A DNA stretch of 20,655 nucleotides from a bacterium (GTDB taxonomy: Bacteria; SZUA-182; DTGQ01). Of this stretch, positions 9,094-16,408 are shown piece by piece (the first letter of the stretch is position 1; each line of letters begins with the position of its first letter). The notes under the pieces were generated by a model that saw only the letters and a program-made list of their open reading frames with translations, did not search any database and was not told the DNA's origin. The stretch covers positions 1 to 20,655 of the forward strand of contig JBFMGO010000107.1 in assembly GCA_040752695.1 (NCBI GenBank), read 5' to 3'. The position numbers were made by a program, and so were the translations under genes.

Positions 9094-10785
9094 ATGAGCA
9101 TCTCCGGTCTCAACCAAACATATAAGAACCTTCGCAGGTTCCAGACCATTCTCAATGTCCTTTTCAAGAATGGTTTTGGACACCTCATCGAGCGAGTCAA
9201 TCTGCAGCATCTTATCACCGCAGGCCGCCGGGTATTCGGACTCAAAAAATACCCGGAGTTGGAAGCGGACCGGATATCTATGCCTATCCGGGTGCGGATG
9301 GTATTCGAAGAACTCGGCCCGACCTTTATAAAGCTCGGTCAACTGCTGAGCCTGCGCACCGATCTTATCCCCAGGGAATTTGCTGCTGAATTCCGGAAAC
9401 TCCAGGACCGGGTGCCTCCGGTTCCCTTCGATGAAATTAAAGAACAGATCGAATCCGAGTTGCGGGCTCCTCTTTCGGAAGTTTTCTCCTCTGTAAATCC
9501 GGTTCCCTACGGTGCAGCCTCTATCGCCCAGGTCCATGAAGCTGTCCTGCTCGATGGCCAGAAGGTCATGGTCAAGGTGCAGAGGCCGAAAATTGCCGAC
9601 ATCATCGATACCGATATCAGCATTCTTTTTCACCTGGCCTATCTGCTCGACCGCTACGTTCCGGAAAGCAAGGTGTACTCTCCTTCGGACATCATGGAAG
9701 AGTTTTCCAGGTCCATCAAACGGGAACTTGACTTTACCATCGAAGCCGGCAGTACCCAGCGCTTTCACAAAAACTTCGCCAAAGACCGGCATGTAGTGAT
9801 TCCCAGGGTTTACTGGGAGCTGACTACCAAAAAGGTGCTGGTGCTGCAACGCCTCGACGGTATCCGCATCGATCGAATCGATACCATGCGGGCGCGAGGA
9901 TGGGATACGGCCAAGGTTGCTTTGCTGGGCTCCAAGGTCTTCCTGAAGCAGATCCTGGAATACGGCTTTTTTCACGGAGACCCGCATCCGGGAAATATCC
10001 TGCTGCTGGATGAGGATGTTCTGGCTCTCATCGACTTTGGCATTGTCGGAAGGCTGGATAAAGAGATGAAGGAGAGTTGCTCAGCCATTTTCTTTTCTCT
10101 CCTGAACAAGGACTATGACCGGTTGGTTCAGGAATACATCAAAATAGGATTTACCTCGGCAGACACCAATATCAGGCATTTTCGCCGTGATCTTACCGAG
10201 TTTCTGGACAACTACCTCGATCGCCCCTTAAAATACCTCCATATCGGTGAAATTTTTGTCCATACCACGGAAATCTCCATGAAACATCATATCAGGATTC
10301 CCAAGGATCTCACGCTTCTGGGCAAGACTCTTCTTTTCATCGAAAGCATCGGAACAGAGCTCGATCCTGAAATCAGCCTCTTGGCTATATCCCGGCCCTA
10401 TGCACAAAGATTGCTCACCAGAAGACTTCACCCCCGCCGCCTGCTCAACGAGACAAGGGCCAGTCTGCTCGATATTTCAGACCTCATCAGACCGCTTCCG
10501 CGCCAGTTGCGCACCCTGATCCAAAAACTCATCGATGGAAAACTCGAGATCGAGTTCGTTCACCTCGGCCTCGAGAATTTGATTCACGAGATCGACCGCT
10601 CCAGCAACCGGATCTCTTTCGGATTGATCATCTCCGCTCTGATCATCGGATCTTCCATTGTCCTGCATACCCAAATCGGCCCGGTCTTTTTCGGATTTCC
10701 CGTAGTAGGAATTATCGGCTACCTGTTTGCCGGAGTCATGGGTATCTGGCTGGTGATCTCGATCCTGCGATCGGGAAAACTGTAG
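9094..10785 (+). CDS. ubiB: UbiB/AarF/ABC1 family atypical kinase with C-terminal transmembrane helices
   Basis: LGPTFIKLGQ (KxGQ), AASIAQVH, VKVQRP, ELDF, GFFHGDPHPGN, IDFGIVG, and two C-terminal hydrophobic segments. Confidence 0.92.
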   Translation: MSISGLNQTYKNLRRFQTILNVLFKNGFGHLIERVNLQHLITAGRRVFGLKKYPELEADRISMPIRVRMVFEELGPTFIKLGQLLSLRTDLIPREFAAEFRKLQDRVPPVPFDEIKEQIESELRAPLSEVFSSVNPVPYGAASIAQVHEAVLLDGQKVMVKVQRPKIADIIDTDISILFHLAYLLDRYVPESKVYSPSDIMEEFSRSIKRELDFTIEAGSTQRFHKNFAKDRHVVIPRVYWELTTKKVLVLQRLDGIRIDRIDTMRARGWDTAKVALLGSKVFLKQILEYGFFHGDPHPGNILLLDEDVLALIDFGIVGRLDKEMKESCSAIFFSLLNKDYDRLVQEYIKIGFTSADTNIRHFRRDLTEFLDNYLDRPLKYLHIGEIFVHTTEISMKHHIRIPKDLTLLGKTLLFIESIGTELDPEISLLAISRPYAQRLLTRRLHPRRLLNETRASLLDISDLIRPLPRQLRTLIQKLIDGKLEIEFVHLGLENLIHEIDRSSNRISFGLIISALIIGSSIVLHTQIGPVFFGFPVVGIIGYLFAGVMGIWLVISILRSGKL

Positions 10786-10877
10786 AAAAAGCCAGGGAGC
10801 GGGGGGCCGGAGCCTTTCCCAAGTACGCGTCGCAATTAATACGCGGCCATCTGCCATCAGTAATCTTTGGAGGGATA

Positions 10878-11099
10878 ATGATGCAATTAAGAGATAAGGT
10901 ATATGATAAGGTAAGTAAAATGAGTATCAGTGAGTTGTCTTTAGTCTATGAACAAATAGAACTCATGGAGAAAATGAAAACAGCTTCACGAAGGAAAAGG
11001 GGATGCCAATACTCTATAGAGGAAATTCTCGAAATGACGAAATCCTCAAAAAAATCCTGGGCTGATGAGGTGAAAGCGCTTCGGGAAGAAAGAATATGA
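10878..11099 (+). CDS. Putative type II antitoxin
   Basis: 73 aa, GGAGG RBS, ends WADEVKALREERI and overlaps the PIN gene start via ATGA. Assigned by position and size only. Confidence 0.65.
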   Translation: MMQLRDKVYDKVSKMSISELSLVYEQIELMEKMKTASRRKRGCQYSIEEILEMTKSSKKSWADEVKALREERI

Positions 11100-11344
11100 G
11101 CTATTTTTTGGACACCTCGGCTTTAGTAAAAATATACCATAGTGAATCTGGCACGAGCGAACTTTTAAAGATATATAAGGGAGGGCAATCTATCACCATT
11201 TCACAGCTCGCCAAAATAGAGTTTTTTTCAACGATGCATCGGAAGTTGAGAGATGGTGAGATTGATGAAAAAACACTCGGTGTTTTAATGGACAAATTTG
11301 AATATGACACTGAGGAAAGATATGAAAAGGATATAGCGCTTTGA
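11096..11344 (+). pseudogene. vapC: PIN-domain (VapC-like) toxin, C-terminally truncated
   Basis: YFLDTSALVKIYHSESGT and ISQLAKIEFFS are PIN N-terminal motifs. Only 82 aa, and the later acidic active-site motifs of a full PIN domain are missing. Confidence 0.75.
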
Positions 11345-12765
11345 TTCCTGTTGACAAACAGGGTGCGGAAACGGGGCAGGTTTGAAACCTGCCCCGTTTG
11401 GTAATGATTCAGATCGTTATTCTGGGTCAAGGTGCCCAGGGAACCATTCCCTGTATCTACGGTTATCAGTGGAGTAGCGTTTAAATCCTTATCCGAAAAA
11501 AATTCCATAGAAAGCGTGTTATCATTCATTGCGGATCGAACCGTGAAGGCAGGAGGCGAGGGTTCTCCGATGTTGATCTCGACACCGGTCTTATTCTCCT
11601 GGGCGGCAAGAGACATGTTTCCATCTGCCGCAGGGTAAACCGTTACCTTATAGTCCTCGGCACTGGTGACTAAAATATACTTTCCGGGGATCAGGTCCGC
11701 TATCGAGAAAGCACCACCTACCGTCTGATCGGTATGGCAGGTGTTATCATCGAGATTATAAGCCAAGACCGTGGCTGAATTAACGAACCCGCCGCTGCTG
11801 TTCTTGACTGTGCCGGAAATTGAGCCAATGGTTGCACTAAGACTGAAATCCTGAGTAGTAGTTTCACCAGAAGTAATGACGATCGTGGACTGCTTCGCCG
11901 CATAGCCAGTGGCATTCACCTTTACGGTATACGTTTTCTCACTGATACCCCTGATCTCATAATTTCCCGAACTGTCAGTAAATGCCTTTTTTCCGTTTTC
12001 CAAAATGGTAACCAGGGCACTTTCTATGGGAGCTTCGGCACTCTCCCCGGTAACTTTGCCCTTCAGGATCCCGCCTGCACTAAAGGTAATATTCCGGGTA
12101 GCCGTGTTTCCAGCCGTCACGGTAACGTCTTGATACATAACGCTCGCCAGGTTCCTGGCATAGGCCGTCAGTGTATAGGTGCCCGCTGGCAGATTTTTAA
12201 ATTTATAAGAGGTACCATAGCCAGGGAAAGCAACGGCATCTTTTAAGGGCGTGACAATGGGATTATCCTTTCTGGCTGCGTAAATGAGACACCAGTCCTG
12301 TGGAAACGAGTCGTAGCCGGAAGGCACTGTTATACCCCCTTCGAGGTTCCCCAGGTTTGTGGTTGTTGCGGTGAAATTAATGTTTTCCTCGACATCTCCC
12401 TTGGACAGGATCAGTCTTTTCCAGTCATGAAGAATAGCACATCCTCCTCCTGGGACTGTACTGCTATAAAAGGTATACATGCAAAGCCCAAGGTCTCCGG
12501 GGGGAAGAACCAGACTATATTTCCCAGGCGTCTCGGAAGGTGCAGGTTCAAAATAATCGCTATAGCCATCCTCAATATTTTCCAAGTCTGCCGACCCTAT
12601 GAAGAAGCTATCAATCATGAGATAATCCTCTTCAGTATAAGTTTGCTCCATGGAAAGAGCCAGGATTCCAAAAGAGGGGTAGCCAAAGTCCTCGTAAATT
12701 GCCGTTTCTCTGTCAAGATGTGGAATTGAGCGTTTGGGGGCTCTGTCACGGAATAACTCAGGCAA
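11101..12765 (-). CDS. Surface/secreted-type protein with carboxypeptidase-regulatory-like beta-sandwich repeats; probably truncated at both ends
   Basis: Repeated G.I.G.V...TD..G.Y...L..G.Y.V...A.GY units (NLPAGTYTLTA, TDSSGNYEIRGISEKTYTVKVNATGY, DLIPGKYILVT). No signal peptide. The credible coding part is about 11401-12710; the last ~100 codons are a palindrome followed by the antisense of the PIN gene. Confidence 0.7.
   Translation of the reverse strand: MPELFRDRAPKRSIPHLDRETAIYEDFGYPSFGILALSMEQTYTEEDYLMIDSFFIGSADLENIEDGYSDYFEPAPSETPGKYSLVLPPGDLGLCMYTFYSSTVPGGGCAILHDWKRLILSKGDVEENINFTATTTNLGNLEGGITVPSGYDSFPQDWCLIYAARKDNPIVTPLKDAVAFPGYGTSYKFKNLPAGTYTLTAYARNLASVMYQDVTVTAGNTATRNITFSAGGILKGKVTGESAEAPIESALVTILENGKKAFTDSSGNYEIRGISEKTYTVKVNATGYAAKQSTIVITSGETTTQDFSLSATIGSISGTVKNSSGGFVNSATVLAYNLDDNTCHTDQTVGGAFSIADLIPGKYILVTSAEDYKVTVYPAADGNMSLAAQENKTGVEINIGEPSPPAFTVRSAMNDNTLSMEFFSDKDLNATPLITVDTGNGSLGTLTQNNDLNHYQTGQVSNLPRFRTLFVNRNQSAISFSYLSSVSYSNLSIKTPSVFSSISPSLNFRCIVEKNSILASCEMVIDCPPLYIFKSSLVPDSLWYIFTKAEVSKK
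11369..11399. repeat. Perfect 15-bp inverted repeat (REP-like)
   Basis: AAACGGGGCAGGTTT-G-AAACCTGCCCCGTTT. Confidence 0.85.
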
Positions 12766-12872
12766 GGGTAGGCATTTATGATAAAGCCAAAGTGTGGAAA
12801 CCTCTTCTCATGGAGAATAGAATTACTTGGTGTCTCTGATCAAGGAGAGCGTGAAAGCGCATAAATACTGAT

Positions 12873-13009
12873 AAACCTATCCCAAAAGTGTAGATATCGA
12901 CATAGGCTCAGAACGTATCCCAAAACACCTCACTCCCCCCTTTTCTAAAAGGGGAATGGGCGGAACAAAAATGTCTTGCCCATCGCTTTAAGGATCTTGG
13001 GATAGACTC
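12873..13009. mobile_element. MITE-like element(s) with TATCCCAA/TTGGGATA ends
   Basis: AAACCTATCCCAAAA (12873) and GAACGTATCCCAAAA (12911) as left ends; ATAGGCTC (12902) and TTGGGATAGACTC (12997-13009) as right ends; internal C/G-tract hairpin; no transposase. Confidence 0.45.
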
Positions 13010-13048
13010 ATAAAGTGAGGCGGATAGCAGAAGCCTCACTTTATGAGT
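13006..13048 (-). terminator. Strong hairpin downstream of the GLYG-repeat gene
   Basis: Perfect 16-bp stem ACTCATAAAGTGAGGC / GCCTCACTTTATGAGT with an 11-nt loop, 38 nt after the stop codon. Confidence 0.65.
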
Positions 13049-13086
13049 TTGTTTCAATATAATGTAAGGAAAAATTTATACGACCA

Positions 13087-13653
13087 TCAGGTTACGAGGA
13101 TAGGACTGGCTGGTGAAGCTACCGGAGTTATGGCTGGTGTAGCTGCCGGAGGTGTCCCGATCGTAGTGGTAATACTGGTGGTTCCATACCCTCCCAATAG
13201 GCCGCTCAGTCCCATCAAACCGGACATGCCTAAAAGGCTGAATGGATCCATGCCATACAAGCCGCTATAAAGTCCCATGCCGTAGAGACCACCGTAGAGC
13301 CCCATGCCATAGAGACCGCCATAAAGGCCAAGACCACCATAGAGGCCACTATAAAGTCCCATGCCGTAGAGACCGCCGTAGAGCCCCCCGCCATAGAGAC
13401 CGCCATAAAGCCCTATACCATAAAGGCCGCCATAGAGACCGCCGTAAAGCCCCATGCCATAAAGGCCGCCGTAGAGACCACCGTAGAGCCCCATGCCATA
13501 GAGACCGCCGTAAAGGCCAAGACCACCATAGAGTCCCATGCCGTAGAAGCCACCTAATCCATAATAAGCTTGAGCGGTTTTAGGGGTTGCTGTAGAAAAA
13601 ACAAGGCAGGCTAGCAAGGCAATAAATACACTCAAAAATTTTTTTGAAATCAT
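13087..13653 (-). CDS. Exported Gly/Leu/Tyr-rich repeat protein (21 x GLY[G/S])
   Basis: GAGGAG RBS; signal peptide MISKKFLSVFIALLACLVFSTATPKTAQA (AxA site); repeats vary at synonymous positions; Thr/Pro/Ala-rich tail; downstream hairpin. Confidence 0.85.
   Translation of the reverse strand: MISKKFLSVFIALLACLVFSTATPKTAQAYYGLGGFYGMGLYGGLGLYGGLYGMGLYGGLYGGLYGMGLYGGLYGGLYGIGLYGGLYGGGLYGGLYGMGLYSGLYGGLGLYGGLYGMGLYGGLYGMGLYSGLYGMDPFSLLGMSGLMGLSGLLGGYGTTSITTTIGTPPAATPAITPVASPASPILVT
13252..13536 (-). repeat. Coding tandem repeat array, 12-nt GLYG unit with codon-sized spacers
   Basis: Units such as GGTCTCTACGGC, GGCCTTTATGGC and GGGCTCTACGGT; all insertions between units are in frame. Confidence 0.9.
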
Positions 13654-13895
13654 GATTTAACTCCTCTATAACCATCACTGAGAACCATGAATTAAGTAAA
13701 ATAACCAGTGAAAAGAATATACTTTCTTGCGAGACTATCACCTCCCTCCGGGCGAACCTCCCCCCCTCCCAATACTATTAATGCAAGGCGGTTTCTTCAC
13801 TTTGACCGGAAAGCCTCAAGGTGAGCGCAGAACATAAACTCGCTTCGGCGTCAGAAAGCAAAAAAGGACATTAATCAACTTCAAAGGAGTACTTT

Positions 13896-13932
13896 GTCTT
13901 CAGGAAAAGTCATTCGTCTTCAGGAAAAGTCA
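13896..13932. repeat. 17-bp direct repeat x2, 20-bp period
   Basis: GTCTTCAGGAAAAGTCA at 13896-13912 and 13916-13932. Confidence 0.85.
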
Positions 13933-14084
13933 ATAGAGTCAGGATGTAAAATGCGTCAATTTACATACCTGTTAAGTTACAACGATAGCATTAACTTACA
14001 CGATAACAACACATCACACGATAATAAAGTTATGTATGATATGTCGATTTGTACGAACTCTCCAATCTACCGTCATTCAGCAGG

Positions 14085-14897
14085 TTAATCAACAATATAT
14101 CTTCCGCATTTTGGGCAAACGAAGATATCATTACTATTATGTACGGTCGCTGCCAGCGAAGTGGACAACTTGATCATGCAGCCTTGGCAGACCCCATCTT
14201 TAATTTTAAAAACTCCGGCGCCGAATTTTTCAATTAAGCGGTCGAATCTGGCCACAAGCGCCTGGTCCAACTCCTCGCGGATAAATTTTATCTCCTTCTC
14301 AATCTGGGCTTTTTCCTGCGGGTTTATCTTGTCCTTTGTCTGATTTACCAGTTCCTGGAGTTTCCACAACAGATTCGCCCCCTGGATATTAGCGTGATCA
14401 GGAGAAATCTGCAATTCAATCTGAGAAAAAATTTGTGCTACCTGCTCAAAGGTTTGGGTTTCAAGCAAACTCTCTTTCACTCCGGGGTTGCTTAAAAGAA
14501 ATCTGGCCAATCCACCAAACAGATGATTGAAAAGACCTGGCACCTGAGGCTTCCAGATAATCAATAAAATAACGTGAACAGGTTTATCATCGATAGCATC
14601 GAAATCAATACCTTCTTTGGTCATTCCGAGACATATGATCGGCCCATCCTGAGTCTTTATCCTGGCATGAGGGAACGCAAAGCCGCTTCCCACTCCAGTC
14701 GAAGATAAGGACTCTCTATCCAGAATTCTTTCGAGAACATTTTCATTTTCTTCAAAGTATTGAAACTCAGAGACACGATCCACCATTTCTTTCAGGATGG
14801 ATACTTTGTCTTTACCTTGAAGATTAAAGATTACCATGTTTGGATCAATCAACTCAGAGAGCTTAGTGTGATTTAGAAACAATTGCCCGGCGTTCAA
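14085..14897 (-). CDS. PTS EIIA (fructose/mannitol/Ntr type) domain fused to a C-terminal C4-type zinc ribbon
   Basis: ILDRESLSSTGVGSGFAFPHAR (phospho-His motif) and GIDFDAIDDKPVH; C-terminal CQGC...CPKCGRYI preceded by a helical REELDQALVARFDRL segment. TTG start with AAGGTGAGG RBS. Confidence 0.85.
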   Translation of the reverse strand: MNAGQLFLNHTKLSELIDPNMVIFNLQGKDKVSILKEMVDRVSEFQYFEENENVLERILDRESLSSTGVGSGFAFPHARIKTQDGPIICLGMTKEGIDFDAIDDKPVHVILLIIWKPQVPGLFNHLFGGLARFLLSNPGVKESLLETQTFEQVAQIFSQIELQISPDHANIQGANLLWKLQELVNQTKDKINPQEKAQIEKEIKFIREELDQALVARFDRLIEKFGAGVFKIKDGVCQGCMIKLSTSLAATVHNSNDIFVCPKCGRYIVD

Positions 14898-14961
14898 ATT
14901 TAGGTTACCTCACCTTAAAATAAGTTACTTAAATAAAGGTTTTATATTTCAATCCTACACT

Positions 14962-14998
14962 TGGATTTTATCTTCTCATTGGTGGATTTTATCTTCTC
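14962..14998. repeat. 16-bp direct repeat x2, 21-bp period
   Basis: TGGATTTTATCTTCTC at 14962-14977 and 14983-14998. Confidence 0.85.
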
Positions 14999-15417
14999 GC
15001 TGGCTGATGCTTTGAGGAATAGAACAAGATCTTTATAAATAAAGAAAGTTACATTTTGATGGATAATTGTTTTTCGACCAAAGGATAGCTGTATGTCAGG
15101 TTCTCTGGATATTAACATACTCTACTAATGTGTATAAAACCTTGAGATGGGTTTAAAATTTCCTAAGCGCTTAAGCCATTAAAAATTATTTGCAATTTAA
15201 GCCCTTTGTTTCTAAATATATCATGAAACAGGCTGAAGGATCAAATTTTTTAATAAAAAAACACGAAATGAAGCTATTTTTACAGATAAAGTGTAATAAA
15301 ATCAATTAATAAGTCAAAACATCCACAATTTATTTGAAAAATAATGAATTAGATTTTAATAATCAATATCTTAACATATAAAACAGAACTAGCTCCAAAC
15401 TAGCCCCGGAGATAAAT

Positions 15418-15541
15418 ATGGCAACCAAAATTTATGGCAGTTCAGACGACCTGATCGAGTTTCGAAAGCGATGTACGTGGCGAAGTATGCGAGCATGGCA
15501 CTAATGGTCGAGAGCAAGGCGTCCTTGGGAACTTGCATTGA
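15418..15541 (+). pseudogene. Frameshifted remnant of a phage-like hypothetical gene
   Basis: GGAG RBS then ATG: MATKIYGSSDDLIEF. After a +1 shift it continues ESDVRGEVCEHGTNGREQGVL. Resembles YGxSDDLIEFEGD phage hypothetical proteins (from memory, not searched). Confidence 0.5.
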
Positions 15542-15567
15542 TGCTTGATTCCACTTGGCTATCTTAA

Positions 15568-15605
15568 TCAACCGTCATTCCCGCCTTCGCGGGAATGACG
15601 GTTGA
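15568..15605. repeat. REP-like palindrome, GTCATTCCCGC family
   Basis: Perfect 17-bp stem TCAACCGTCATTCCCGC-CTTC-GCGGGAATGACGGTTGA. Confidence 0.85.
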
Positions 15606-15756
15606 AAGCTTCGTTGTATTAGACCAATGATAAAAATTAACCAAAAGGACACTATATTTTAGCCGATAAGTATGATAAGAGGGGGAGAGTTACATTTTGG
15701 ATAGAATTTGGGTGGAGTTAATAAGGTATTTCTTGAAACCAGCCACAATTATAAAG

Positions 15757-15844
15757 GTGACTACTCAGGTTCAGGGTTCAAAGGTTCTATAATGGGTGCC
15801 GAGCGATCAACCGTGAACCTGACAACCTATTCCTAAGTAGTTAC
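15757..15844. mobile_element. Short MITE-like element with internal heptamer-like repeats
   Basis: Terminal inverted repeats GTGACTACTCAGG / CCTAAGTAGTTAC (11/13 match) enclosing GGTTCAG-GGTTCAA-AGGTTC and complementary AACCGTG-AACCTG units. Confidence 0.45.
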
Positions 15845-15944
15845 TCATAAAATAAGTAATTATTGTAATTGATTATAGTTCTTCTACCAACTCAATGAGT
15901 TTTTGATGTTTTGATCACCAGATTATGACCTTGGAGAAATGAAC

Positions 15945-16331
15945 ATGTTGAGAATACAGTTGATGTTCAATAATGCACTGCTTAAAGAGATTGACAGTGA
16001 CCATGAGGAAATTACTATTGGAAGGAATGCCGGCAACGATATTCAGATCGACAACTTGGCTGTTTCAGGAAAACATGCAAGGATTATCAAAGACCTGGAT
16101 CATTATTATATTGAGGACTTGAACAGTACCAATGGTACGTTTGTTAATAGAGAAAAGATCAGCAAGAAAATTCTTGAGACAAATGACCAGATAACTATCG
16201 GTAAACACACCTTAATAGTTGCCATTCAAAAACATAGAGATAAGGATTGCGGAAAAGGAAAAGAAGTAGAGATGACCTGGAGGCTTGAGACCAGACAACA
16301 TAAAGAAATGTTGAAAAGACAACCCGGATAA
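15945..16331 (+). CDS. FHA domain-containing protein
   Basis: ITIGR, VSGKHARI, DLNSTNGTFVN, DQITIGK. GGAG spacing favours ATG 15945 over 15939. Confidence 0.93.
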   Translation: MLRIQLMFNNALLKEIDSDHEEITIGRNAGNDIQIDNLAVSGKHARIIKDLDHYYIEDLNSTNGTFVNREKISKKILETNDQITIGKHTLIVAIQKHRDKDCGKGKEVEMTWRLETRQHKEMLKRQPG

Positions 16332-16408
16332 AGGTGGGTGGGAGGAGATTGCCCCATGCGAGGACATATACGAACCCTTCAACTCTCAAGCATTATGCTA
16401 TAATAAAT

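Noticed and set aside
5953..9987. Long antisense ORFs (371 aa opposite alaS, 348 aa opposite ubiB)
   Set aside because: Typical antisense shadows of well-conserved genes with no recognisable motifs.
13242..13583. Arg/His-rich plus-strand ORF
   Set aside because: Antisense shadow of the GLYG repeat gene, which has the RBS, signal peptide and synonymous-variation pattern.
13087..13653. RiPP precursor with repeated core peptides
   Set aside because: No modifying enzyme, protease or exporter is adjacent, there are no cleavage motifs between repeats, and the leader is a Sec-type signal peptide. The only radical SAM gene is a canonical lipA.
13740..13870. Riboswitch (e.g. c-di-GMP) upstream of the GLYG gene
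   Set aside because: I could not find the conserved aptamer motifs by eye on either strand; an Rfam scan is needed.
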